A DNA stretch of 64,000 nucleotides from Octopus sinensis (lineage: Eukaryota), in NCBI RefSeq assembly GCF_006345805.1, contig NC_043019.1, forward strand, positions 20,955,360-21,019,359, written 5' to 3'. The notes beneath the pieces were generated by a model, which saw nothing but the letters and a program-made list of their open reading frames with translations, had not been told where the DNA came from and did not search any database. How positions within the stretch are numbered: the stretch's first letter is position 1; the number at the start of each line of letters is the position of its first letter. The position numbers and the translations under genes were made by a program. Positions 1 to 10,840 of this stretch are shown piece after piece.

Positions 1-153
1 AGAGACAACATCTGGTATTCATTGGGATGTGCTGTAAATTTGATATCGTGTTATATCAAATATAACTGTAGAATTTATGGCCGACGAGAAAAAAAATAAG
101 CTTGACGTAAAGCAATGCAATTTTGTCGCACATTTATCGACTGCAACTCATAG

Positions 154-608
154 ATACATACATACATACATACATACATACATGCATACATCCATACATG
201 CATACATACACACACACATACATACATACATACATACATACATACATACATACATACATACATACATACATTTGTATATGCATATGTTTATACATACATA
301 CATACATACATACATACATGCATGCATACATACATACATGCATACATACATCCATACATACGTACATTTGTATATGCATATGTTTATACATGCATACATA
401 CATACATACATACATACATACATACATGCATGCATACATGCATACATACATACATACATACATACATACATTTGTATATGCATATGTTGATACATGCATA
501 CATACATACATACATACATACATACATACATACATGCATGCATGCATACATACATACATGCATACGTACGTACATATATGTCTACATCTATACACACACA
601 CATGTATA
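154..608. repeat. Imperfect (ATAC)n microsatellite with a ~100-bp higher-order period
   Basis: TACA/TGCA units; interruption TTTGTATATGCATATG recurs at 271, 367 and 471. Confidence 0.95.
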
Positions 609-732
609 TACGACACATTCAAACATTTTGCCTGTGTATATATGTATGTATGTATGTATGTATTTATGTATGTATATATAAATATTCATAGCACACCATT
701 TATTAGAAAACTCAAGATAGATTCGCCGTAAC

Positions 733-735
<3 letters not shown>

Positions 736-785
<50 letters not shown>

Positions 786-792
786 CGTGTAT

Positions 793-826
<34 letters not shown>
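736..826. repeat. (GT)n/(TA)n compound microsatellite
   Basis: Direct inspection. Confidence 0.95.
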
Positions 827-1060
827 GGAGATAGAGAGAGGTTATGAGAGGTAATGGTGTCAATAATAACCCAAAGGTGTCAGGTAATGCTGAGTAAGAG
901 CTATGGACAGACCATAGTTAAGCTCCAGGTTCAGTGATTATGCGAATAAGGGGTCTAATGTAGGTCATATATCAGCATGTGTATATATAAAAAACATTTT
1001 TTCAGAATGAGATAAAAAAAACCCCAAGGCTATGAAGATTTTAGAACATTTATAAATAGA

Positions 1061-1654
1061 AGGCGCAGGAGTGGCTGTGTGGTAAGTAGCTTGCTAACCA
1101 ACCACATGGTTCCGGGTTCAGTCCCACTGCGTGGCATCTTGGGCAAGTGTCTTCTGCTATAACCTCGGGCCGACCAATACCTTGTGAGTGGATTTGGTAG
1201 ACGGAAACTGAAAGAAGCCTGTCGTGTATATGTATATATGTATATGTATGTGTGTGTGTTTGCGTGTCTGTGTTTGTCCCCCTAGCATTGCTTGACAACC
1301 GATGCTGGTGGGTTTACGTCCCCGTCACTTAGTGGTTTGGCAAAAGAGACCGATAGAATAAGTACTGGGTAGACGGAAACTGAAAGAAGCCCGTCGTATA
1401 TATGTATATATGTATATGTATGTGTGTGTGTTTGCGTGTCTGTGTTTGTCCCCCTAGCATTGCTTGACAACCGATGCTGGTGTGTTAACGTCCCCGTCAC
1501 TTAGCGGTTTGGCAAAAGAGACCGATAGAATAAGTACTGGGCTTACAAAGAATAAGTCCCGGGGTCGATTTGCTCGACTAAAGGCGGTGCTCCAGCATGG
1601 CCGCACTCAAATGACTGAAACAAGTAAAAGAGTAAAGAGTAAAAGAGTAAAGAG
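1061..1654 (+). mobile_element. tRNA-derived SINE family A with a 172-bp internal tandem duplication
   Basis: Head AGGCGCAGGAGTGGCTGTGTGGTAAG...GGTTCAGTCCC (A/B-box-like), CORE-like CTTGGGCAAGT segment, (GAGTAAAA)n tail; GTAGACGGAAAC starts at 1197 and again at 1369. Many near-identical copies in the window. Confidence 0.9.
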
Positions 1655-1898
1655 AGAAGGTCTTACAGCTGTTTCCGGGATATTTTTTTATAACTGATCT
1701 AAATTAACTATTGCTTAACCATTTTCTCATATAATTCTGGAATAATTAAAGACAAATTTGATCTTAGCAGAATTTGAACAAACCGTAAAGAACCAAAGTA
1801 AATTTCGCAGTTTTATTTTTATTTGTTTGTCTTTTTCGAATGCTTTAACGATTCTACAAATCTCAAGTTTTAACGTCAGAGAAAAGAAATATAAAATA

Positions 1899-2515
1899 TG
1901 GCGAAACTAGTGTCTTTTGCCTTAACCACGAGCTGTAGCATAGTATAGTGAGTAAATTTGGTACGAGGAAACTGTGTGGAAGCCCGTACTCTCTACTTCC
2001 CTTTCCCTCTCTCCCCCTCTCTCCCGTCTCCCCTTCTCTCTTTTCTCCCTTTCTCACTCTCTCTTCTTTTTCTTTTTCTGTATGTATATATATGTATGTA
2101 TATGGGTGTCTTCGTATTTGTGTTTGTTCCCCCCAACCGCTTGGTAACCGGCGTTGGTTTGTTTGCGTTCCCGCAACGTAGTGGTTCGACAAAAATATCG
2201 GTTGAAAAAATACAGTGAGTAAATTTGGTACGAAGAAACTGTGTGGAAGCCCGTACTCTCTACTTCCCTTTCCCTCTCTCCCCCTCTCTCCCGTCTTCCC
2301 TTCTCTCTTTTCTCCCTTCCTCACTCTCTCTTCTTTTTCTTTTTCTGTATGTATATATATATGTATGTATATGGGTGCCTTCGTATTTGTGTTTGTTCCC
2401 CCAACCAACCGCTTGGTAACCGGTGTTGGTTTGCTTTGCGTTCCCGTAACGTAGTGGTTCGACAAAAATATCGGTTGAAAAAGTACTTAGCTTAAGATAT
2501 AAGTACTGGGGTGGT
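1899..2515 (+). mobile_element. Divergent family-A-like SINE, 267-bp tandem duplication, running into the gap
   Basis: AGTGAGTAAATTTGGTACGA starts at 1947 and 2214; downstream motifs match the family A body. Confidence 0.75.
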
Positions 2516-2615
2516 NNNNNNNNNNNNNNNNNNNNNNNNNNNNNNNNNNNNNNNNNNNNNNNNNNNNNNNNNNNNNNNNNNNNNNNNNNNNNNNNNNNNN
2601 NNNNNNNNNNNNNNN
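2516..2615. other. Assembly gap (100 N)
   Basis: Exactly 100 N, typical placeholder for a gap of unknown size. Confidence 0.99.
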
Positions 2616-2837
2616 GGGCTTACAAAGAATAAGTCCCGGGTCGATTTGCTCGACTAAAGGCGGTGCTCCAGCATGGCCGCAGTCAAATGACTGAAACAAG
2701 TAAAAGATTATGCAAACATATACAAATATATATGCATGTGTAAATAGAATAAGTACTGGGGTTGATTTCTTCAATTAAAACCCTTTAAGGCAGTGCTCCA
2801 GCATGGCTGCAGTCAAATGACTGAAACCTGTAAAAGA

Positions 2838-2838
<1 letters not shown>
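2616..2838 (+). mobile_element. Two SINE family A 3' ends
   Basis: GTGCTCCAGCATGGC(C/T)GCAGTCAAATGACTGAAAC occurs twice (about 2616-2706 and 2745-2838). Confidence 0.85.
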
Positions 2839-2870
<32 letters not shown>

Positions 2871-2934
2871 GGGAGTAAATCCAAACTTACAGGGAAAAAT
2901 TAGATTTAGGATTAAATCTAATTTTATAGTATAA

Positions 2935-3218
2935 ATATATATATTAAATTAGAGATAAAACCACTATTAGGCAAATCAAACAGTGAAAATCATAAACCAA
3001 TACGTAGAAATAAAATTAATTAATAAAATATAAAATTCAAAATTTATAAGTATAAATTATTAATTCAAATAATTTTTTTAATTTCAACTTTAAATTTAAA
3101 TAATTTAAATTTTGAATTTTATATATTTTATTAATTAATTTTATTTCTATGTATTGGTTTATGATTTTCACTGTTTGACTTGCTTAATAGTGGTTTTATC
3201 TCTAATTTAATATATATA
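2935..3218. repeat. ~110-bp near-perfect inverted repeat
   Basis: Arm 2935-3046 is the reverse complement of arm 3106-3218 with a few substitutions and a 2-nt indel. Confidence 0.9.
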
Positions 3219-3252
3219 TATATAATATATATATTATATATTATCTATATAT

Positions 3253-3393
3253 GTGGCTTTAGGAAAGGCATCCAGCTGTAGAAACATTGCCAGATCAGAC
3301 TGGGCCTGGTGCAGCCTTCTGGGTTCCCAGACCCCAGTTGAACCGTCCAACCCATGCTAGCATGGAAAGCGGACGCTAAACGATGATGATGAT
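3253..3393 (+). mobile_element. SINE family D 3' part ((GAT)n tail)
   Basis: AGGAAAGGCATCCAGCTGTAGAAAC...CCAACCCATGCTAGCATGGAAAGCGGACG..AAACGATGATGAT; shared with many copies. Confidence 0.85.
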
Positions 3394-3750
3394 ATATATA
3401 TATATTATATATGTATATATATATATATGTATGTATATATATATATATATATATAAGAGGTAATGGTGTCATTGAGACCTAAAGATGTCAGCCAAAATTA
3501 GAAAGCATTTCAAGTTTTGATACAAGGACAATAAGTTCAGGGTTGGGGTAAGTTGATTACATCAACCCCAGTGCTCAACCGGTGCTTACTTTATTGACCA
3601 CAAAAGGATGAAAGGCAAAGTAAGTCTCAGAACATAAAGACATACGAAATGAGCAAAGCATTTTGCCCCAGCATGCGAATAACTCTGCCAGATCCACTGC
3701 CTTAAAAAGATATGGAATATTACATTGTAGCAGAGTCGTTTTAGTCATTT

Positions 3751-4406
3751 ACATTTCATTTTATTTCCTGAGATTTCAAAAAGTTTCATTGGTCAACAAT
3801 GACCGAATCACTGACAAAATTTTATTGCAACTGTTGAGAAGTTAGTTAATAACCAGTTCTTATAAAATTTGATTTATACACAATAAAAATACCGTGCCGC
3901 TGGCACGTTAAAAAGCTCGAACTGATCGTGACCGATGCCGGACCCCCCAGCCCCTGTGCAGGTGGCACGTAAAAAGCACCCACTCCACTCGCGGAGTGGT
4001 TGGCGTTAGGAAGGGCATCCAGCCGTAGGAACTCTGCCAGATCAGACTGGAGCCTGGAGCGGCCCCTGGCTTCCCAGGCCCCGGTCAAACCGTCCAACCC
4101 GTGCTAGCGCGGAAAACGAACGTTAAACGATGATGATGATGATGATTGTGTACAGTGCTCAGGTGCACTACAAAAGTTTCATTGGTCAACAATGACTGAG
4201 TCACTGACAAAATTTTATTGCAACTGTTGAGAGGTTAGTTAGTAACCAGTTCTTATAAAATTTGATTTATACATATACATTTCATTTTATTTCCTGAGAT
4301 TTCAAAAGGTTTCATTGGTCAACAATGACCGAATCACTGACAAAATTTTATTGCAACTGTTGAGGAATCAGTTAATAACCAGTTCTTATAAAATTTGATT
4401 TATACA
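3751..4406. repeat. Local triplication of a 100-130-bp unique unit
   Basis: TTTCATTGGTCAACAATGAC...GATTTATACA at 3751-3880, 4172-4273 and 4277-4406. Confidence 0.9.
3889..4146 (+). mobile_element. SINE family D
   Basis: GGTGGCACGTAAAAAGCACCCAC...GGTTGGCGTTAGGAAGGGCATCCAGC (Nin/Deu-domain-like as I recall it) and (GAT)n tail; followed by a ~25-bp CR1 3'-end stub (4146-4171). Confidence 0.85.
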
Positions 4407-4805
4407 TATTAACTTTGATTTCTTTAATAATATCAATCAATACGCACACACATTCACACACATACACAGTAGATTGATATAACTATACGTTCTATTTCAT
4501 TTATTTACAATTTGGTTTAAATGTGTCACCATACTATCATTTTTTATTAACTGTTTCTTTTTCTTATCTCCTTCACATGTCCTGATGCTCCACTCTGTAT
4601 CAATAAAAGCTATTAGGTACAAGTATTTCATCTTCCAGCACAACAGTTCATGCAGCTTTCACTGCCAAAACTGTACAACTTACAAAGCTGATTAATTTAA
4701 TAGATACACACAGTTTTCCCTGACAACTCTGAGGTTACTTTTTTGAATAATTCTAAATCTACCACCTAATTCACTATTTGGTGATGCATTTTTTCTCATC
4801 ATATA

Positions 4806-5036
4806 TATTTCTTTACTGCCCACAAGGGGCTAAATATAGAGGGGACAAACAAGGACAGACAAACGGATCAAGTCAATTACATCGACCCCAGTGCGTAACT
4901 GGTACTTATTTAATCGACCCCAAAAGGATGAAAGGCAAAGTCGACCTAGGCAGAATTTGAACTCAGAACGTAACGGCAGACGAAATACGGCTACACATTT
5001 CGCCCGCCGTGCTAACGTTTCTGCCAGCTCACCTCC
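4806..5036 (-). mobile_element. tRNA-derived SINE family B (Meta-domain-like), full length
   Basis: Reverse complement of GGAGGTGAGCTGGCAGAAACGTTAGC...GGTCGACTTTGCCTTTCATCCTTT...AGTACCAG...TTGTGGGCAGTAAAGAAAT. Confidence 0.9.
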
Positions 5037-5147
5037 TTCGGTATCATACCATGTACTGGTCTTGGCAATCTTATTTCTAACAACCCCATTCCAAACTTTT
5101 TTACATTATAGAATGTATGTTCAATGGAAAGGAGGACTCCATTATTA

Positions 5148-5553
5148 TGTAGTGATGCTACTGTGTAAGGTTCAGCGCGCATGCGCAGAATGAGACGGGT
5201 GGCCACCGGAAGTCTTCCCCATCCGCATGTGTGGGAAACTGACCCCCTAAGGGACACAGACTCATTCATCCTCTCTGGCCGTTCAGCCATCGTGAACAGA
5301 CGTGCATTGGTAGTCTCTGATAACTACACCGACTTAGCCGCCAACGACATCGAACCACTTCAACCAACGAACAAGAAGCTGTACATCAGAGGGCTGTCGT
5401 TCTCCCATCAGATATACGTACACCATCGCGATTAATAAACAAACTGCTGTCTTTCACCGATAACCTGACTTCGTCTGTTATATCTAACTAAATTGTATGT
5501 GACGGGATCGGATCGACACCCTTTCAGTGATACCGATACCAGATCCTGTTACA
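5148..5553 (+). mobile_element. Solo LTR, Gypsy-like
   Basis: Starts TGTAG, ends TTACA, flanked by ATTA at 5144-5147 and 5554-5557; AATAAA at 5434-5439; GC/CpG-richer than its flanks. Confidence 0.65.
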
Positions 5554-8500
5554 ATTACTTGTTTGAAAGATATATGCAGTCTATTCTAAACATAAGATAT
5601 TGTTCCACTTTCTTGTGTGAATATTTACAAGTTTCCCTTCACTCATATCACTGATGGAGTAATCTTTGTAATGTTAAAGGTGTAAGATCACCAGTGACCG
5701 TGACGAGGCATTACATTAGCAGTGACTGACTTTCAGAGTTTTATTTGCATATCGTTCATATTTAAGAAGGGTGGGTACATAATGTTTTTCTTCTTTTCAT
5801 TAAGCATTGGTGTGCACCATTGCAACCTACATTATACATGTGAATGTCTAATATGCAATACTTCCACCCATTTTGTGCATGTGATATCTTATTCAACTAA
5901 AAGTTATTTCCCAATAATGAAATATGTTTTCGTAGTTTGTTTGTTTTAAGTAAAAAAAAAAGCAAGGAAAAGCAGTGAATAACAGAGGATATTTGAGAGA
6001 GGTTTTTAAGGGCAGTGAGTGAGAGAGAGAGAGAGGGGTAGATGGGTGGCTGGCAGACAGAATCAGAAGAATGGCAAACTGAATGTCTTGAAGTATCTAA
6101 TTTCTTTCTTGATTCAAATCTCGTCTTTTATCATACCGCTGGTCAACAAAATAAGTATCAGTTAAGTATTTCTTGTGTTGATTTAATCGACAACAGTCTG
6201 GTGAATGAAGTGACATAAATTAGTTCCAACTCGTTAATATTTTGAATATCACAAAACCAAGTAATTCTGAGTTGAAGTTTCAGATTTAAATCCCAGAGAT
6301 TAAACCTATATAATCTAGCTTATGTTGATATTTTCTGCCCTAAATCAGCCCTAACTCAGCAGATCTATTACAAAAGACCTTCCAACCATGACCATATCAT
6401 GTCTAGAACCATGTTGTTATCTAATGTATCATTCTATTTATTTAAATGGTAGGGTGTGGATATGAGAGATATTTAGGGATGATTCTTACTTAGCCTTATC
6501 CCTCACTTCAGACATGCTCAGCTTGATTAGACCTGCAGTACAGGGAGTCAAACTGCTGCCAGTACAGTTCTTTGGTTGGAACTGAAAAAAAAAAAATAGT
6601 AGCCAAATTTTCCTCAAATTACACTCTGCCATTATAAAAGGACAGATTGGTCAATATAGTCTTGGATATACAAAATAATGGGATGGCCACAGCCAGAAAA
6701 CTTTTGAACACAGATCTGCTGGATCAGGTAGTTTGGAAATGGAGAGAGTAAAAGGCAGTGGTCAAAGAGAAACAGAGTCTTGAAAATGGAAAGCTGATGC
6801 CATTTACTCAACATCAAAGTTACACTGCCTATCCTGGACACAGCAGGGGATGTTTATTTGTGAAAGAATAAGCTTAAATGATGGAGTTGATAAAAGAGAA
6901 GCAAGAAAAATGATACCAGGATTTGAGAACAAATTCTAAATACTCCACTTCAATGAACTGCAAGGAAACAGACAACAGGTGGTTGGTAAAAAGCTGTTGT
7001 CTCAAACCAACGAGGAAGCTCCAAAGTGATTACTCAACTGGTTAGAAATAGCAACCAAATATCCCTCAAAATCTACCGACTATCTCAAAAAAAAAAAAAA
7101 GTGGGGAAGAAGCACTCTGTCTAGGGGGAAAAAGTGGGGAACAATATGGTTAAAGTTAAAATGCTTTTAATCACACATGCACTTTATCATCAGAACTGAT
7201 CAAGAGCTAAAAAATGAACAAAAAAAAAAAAAAATCAACCACAAAAAGATGCCCTAGGCAAGAAAGCCTTGACATCAGTGATGGGCAAACTGCACCTCAC
7301 CTGACAATGAACCATGTCTCGTGCAGCCCACTTCTCGAAACAGGTTACCCATGCTTGCCCTACATCGCTGCTTGCTAGAAATAGCAACTAAATTTCCTTC
7401 AAATGATGGTCAGCCATTTTAAAAAAGAAGACATGAGATAGTCCTAAATACACAATTAAGAAAGACAATAAATTAAGATAGTCCTAAATATATAATTTTG
7501 GAGAAAAAAAAGATGGCATGGTCCCAGTTTGAACTCCTTTCATTGCATATTGCAATAACGAAGCAATGACAAGGCAACTGTGACTGTGGTTAGATCTTAA
7601 GAGAAGAGAGTGAGAGAGCAGAGTATTATATCTTTTATTTATTACAGTTCTTGTTTGTTACAATACATTTTTATTTAGCCAGCATCGACATCTTACTCTT
7701 GCTCATCATTATCACGTGCTTCTAGGTGTGTGTTTACATGTACATATTGTATATGCATGTGTGCGTGCACATGTGCATGTGTGTGTGGTTGTATGTGTGC
7801 CTCATGCATTTATGTATGTGCATGCATACTTGTGCATGTGTGCGTATATGTATATATGTACAGACAGGTCATTAGCTTCAAACCAGTAATTACTGAGCAA
7901 AGCAGAATGAGTTTTAAAAAATTATGAAAATTTTTTTACAAAACATGAAAATGTCACAAATTAAAAGTCTTGAGTAGATCTTGGTTCCAAATGTTTGGTA
8001 GTGAGAAAAGAAATTTTAGGGATAAAATTGAAGTAACACCCAAATTTTTTTTAATGAAAGATAGAAAAAGTGTAAATTCAAAGGAAAAATCAAATTATTA
8101 TTATTATTATTATACAATAAAATGTACTGAAAGAATAAAATTTTAAAGTGTAAAAAAAAGAAAAGAAAAAGGAAAGTATTTGACAATTAAGTTTAAATAT
8201 TGTACACAATGCATTTGGCAAGTCCTGGTGCAATAAACATTATATTAAAAAAGAAACTCCTGTAAGAGTCTGAAGTGGTGTCAAAATATTTTCAAGAAAA
8301 ACAAATTACCTCTTCATTGTGACAGTAAATTTACATAAACTAGTATGTTTTCCATTGTTTTCAATTCCAGTAATCAGAATTGGTTAGTGTTGGTGATATG
8401 GCATCGAAATGCGAGCAGCAAAAATTTCAAATTTACTGGAGAAAACGTTCGAAACGATCAAGATTTTGTAATGAAAAGTTTCCATAAATTAATCTCATGA

Positions 8501-8770
8501 AATTATTGGTCGGAATTCTTTAAAAGCTTCCTTCAAATCAATAACATTACTTTTGAAGAATAAAAAAAAACCAAGTCTCAAAGAATTACTTGTCAGTTGG
8601 GGCATTTTGTATTTTTCCTCCAGATATCTTCAGTGGCAAGAAAGTCACTAATGACGAAAATTTAAAGAAAGACAAACCATCAGATTTCTTTCAGATTCTT
8701 TTGAAATCATTTTCAAAAATATAAAAAAATTATTCTGACAACAGTGAGGAATTAGTGATTGAGATACCAA

Positions 8771-10777
8771 TCAGCTCGCTTTAATGCCCTTCCAATTTTC
8801 TAATATTGAATTCATGAAGAGAAACCCAGATGTTTCCAATTGTTTTGGACTGTGCTCTCCTTTAAACAACTGGCTCAGTGGTCGTCTGGTACAGACTGGG
8901 TAGACGGTCATATTAGACACAGATGGACTCAGGATGTTGGGAAGCTTACTCCATTCAAATACATTAACATCAAACAAATAGACATGAAAAATATGAGGAC
9001 TCAAATGGACTGATGCATACAATATTGACCCACAAACTTTAACTGAGCTACGAGGGTAGTTGTTTAGGTTTTGTAAAGGCAGGCAACGAATTTGGGGTTT
9101 GGGTATAGTGATTCCATCGTCCGTCCATTTCTTACTTTCTAAATCATAACAAATGCTTTTTGCGAAATGACTTTTATAATTAGCATCATCCACTGAATTC
9201 CATTCATTTATTCCACCAAGATCATCCAAAAATTGCAGTTTTCGGTTAAAATAAATGACCTGATTCAACTGGATATCACTCAAGTTAGCAAACATATTGG
9301 AGAGTAATGTATATTCCCCTTTACAAGTGTCAATCTGGTATAAGTAAGAAGCAGAAAGACTAGCAGGACACTCTCCTCTATATTCACTGGAATCTGTTAC
9401 TGGGTTTGTATGGACAAAGTTCTGAGTTATCTGAGCAACAACAAACACAATGTTGTTCTCTACTGGAATTGCATGCAGTTTCACAGAAAAATCTTCCTTC
9501 AAGACCACTGTTTTTTTGAAGCTAGATCCACTAAGGTTCTGTACAATATCTAATACTAGTGACCAAGATTTAATAATGTCGTAGATATACAACGAAAATA
9601 CCAAACCCCTGTTCGGACGATCCCAACAATTCATGATTACATGAAGTCGCCCTGATTGGCAAAAATAGTGGGTTGCTTCTTTGGAAGGATTTACTGCACG
9701 TCCTTGTCTCATTACCGTGCGCAAAACTGATGGCATAACTTCAGCAACTTTGGTTGATAAATTTATCAAATTGATGTTATAAATATCTTTTCCAAGGGAC
9801 ACCAAATAGTTGCTGTCGATGATACCAAGTGGTGTCCCATTATGGTTGAGTAAATCGAATGTCCATTTCTTGGTTTCAGCACAATATATATTTATCCCAT
9901 GAGAAAAATTCTCCTGCACCAAAATACCATAAAAAAGAGGTTGAAGATCAGATTTATCAACTGGTGAAGTTACTTGCTCAATAGGTTCCACAGAACGTCT
10001 CCAACTGATTTTCCCTTTGAAATCTGGAAGATATAAGCTAAGCTGTGAAGTTGGGACATTGTAAGCATTTGTCAAACTGTGGACAGAATCCAATATTACT
10101 TCTAAGGCCTGGTTGTTGAGATATTTTAACAAAAGTGACTTGGCTATGTCTTTACGAGTATCAAAGTCCCCTGCACTCATCCAGGAAACAATCAAATAAC
10201 TTACATCTTCATGCCTAGCAGTTTTGATCAATTCTTCGTTATTTAATACTGTGGTTATACAGTTCGAGGTGAAGTCACCCAAATCAGTTTCGTCAATTAT
10301 CTCGCGACAGAAAATGACTGACAGCAAGGAACTACATATGATCTCGAGTTCTTCCATTTCATATAAATAGGATAGCTTCCATGCCCAGAGGATGTTCTGT
10401 GGTTGTAGTTGCTCAAGAAGAAACTGTGCGCAGTGATGCTTCAAACTGTGAAGCATAAATAGATGGGCTGCACCGAGAACCTGTTCTAGGGTCTTTCGAT
10501 GCAGCATTACTTTTCCCGTGTACATATAATCAATGACTAATTTAAGAACGGCAACGTCCTCAAAAGAGCTGGAGAAATCAATAGTTTTTGTGGAGCTCTC
10601 ACGGAAACCCGACTGAAGCATCACTTCAAAATATTCACTCGCTGAACTGAGAACAATCCCATGGACAGCTATAACATCATCGTTGACTTTCAGAACAACA
10701 TCCGTATAGAATCCAGTTTCGTACAAGTTATGTAATTTGTCGTTTCTTTCTTTCAGGCTTGTTTCATCGCAGTACAT
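8771..10777 (-). CDS. BTB-BACK protein with degenerate Kelch-like C-terminus (kelch-like family, probable Cullin-3 adaptor), 668 aa
   Basis: Uninterrupted ORF. BTB motifs TDVVLKV..IAVHGIVLSSASEYFEVMLQSGFRES..LVIDYMYTG..VLGAAHLFML..LKHHCAQFL; BACK-like QPQNILWAWKLSYLYEMEEL; C-terminal beta-strand repeats with W residues (GSILYAS..VYLFDVNVFEWSKLP) but no canonical GG kelch doublets. The N-terminus could extend into an upstream exon. Confidence 0.9.
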   Translation of the reverse strand: MYCDETSLKERNDKLHNLYETGFYTDVVLKVNDDVIAVHGIVLSSASEYFEVMLQSGFRESSTKTIDFSSSFEDVAVLKLVIDYMYTGKVMLHRKTLEQVLGAAHLFMLHSLKHHCAQFLLEQLQPQNILWAWKLSYLYEMEELEIICSSLLSVIFCREIIDETDLGDFTSNCITTVLNNEELIKTARHEDVSYLIVSWMSAGDFDTRKDIAKSLLLKYLNNQALEVILDSVHSLTNAYNVPTSQLSLYLPDFKGKISWRRSVEPIEQVTSPVDKSDLQPLFYGILVQENFSHGINIYCAETKKWTFDLLNHNGTPLGIIDSNYLVSLGKDIYNINLINLSTKVAEVMPSVLRTVMRQGRAVNPSKEATHYFCQSGRLHVIMNCWDRPNRGLVFSLYIYDIIKSWSLVLDIVQNLSGSSFKKTVVLKEDFSVKLHAIPVENNIVFVVAQITQNFVHTNPVTDSSEYRGECPASLSASYLYQIDTCKGEYTLLSNMFANLSDIQLNQVIYFNRKLQFLDDLGGINEWNSVDDANYKSHFAKSICYDLESKKWTDDGITIPKPQIRCLPLQNLNNYPRSSVKVCGSILYASVHLSPHIFHVYLFDVNVFEWSKLPNILSPSVSNMTVYPVCTRRPLSQLFKGEHSPKQLETSGFLFMNSILENWKGIKAS

Positions 10778-10821
10778 AATACTGAGGTCGACAGACAGCG
10801 ACTTGCAAATGCAATTTTGAC

Positions 10822-10840
10822 CTGGAGAGAAAAGAATTTG
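10822..10840 (-). promoter_or_regulatory. 3' splice acceptor upstream of the BTB ORF
   Basis: Minus strand reads CAAATTCTTTTCTCTCCAG|G; exon would start at 10821, 44 nt before the ATG. Confidence 0.7.

Noticed and set aside
75-863. Long ORFs such as MYVCMYVC and HTYIHTYI (also 30778-31134, 45484-46337, 59477-59782, 60602-61123)
   Set aside because: Translations of (ATAC)n, (CA)n and (TATG)n microsatellites; open in several frames on both strands.
890-930. Hammerhead-like CTGAGTAA + hairpin CTATGG/CCATAG
   Set aside because: GAAA is missing (TAAG) and the core is non-canonical; at best a decayed copy.
1050-1697. Recurring ORFs (MSSNARGTNT, MTTDAGV, MRNWYLFNRP, MVVIPAVLFHH and similar) at many loci
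   Set aside because: They recur because they lie in multicopy SINEs; no sign of coding function.
6780-6960. ARKMIPGFENK resembling CR1 ORF2
   Set aside because: Only one short motif matches; too weak to call.
7276-7357. Small hAT-like ends CAGTGATGGGCAAAC / AGGTTACCCATGCTTG (similar case at 15690-15813)
   Set aside because: TIRs are degenerate and I found no TSD.
7630-7680. Minus-strand AATAAA sites as poly(A) signal of the BTB gene
   Set aside because: The hexamer is common in this AT-rich DNA; cannot pick a site without transcripts.
8400-8770. Plus-strand acceptor-like site near 8622 and short peptides
   Set aside because: Frames close quickly and have no recognisable homology; more simply the BTB 3' UTR.
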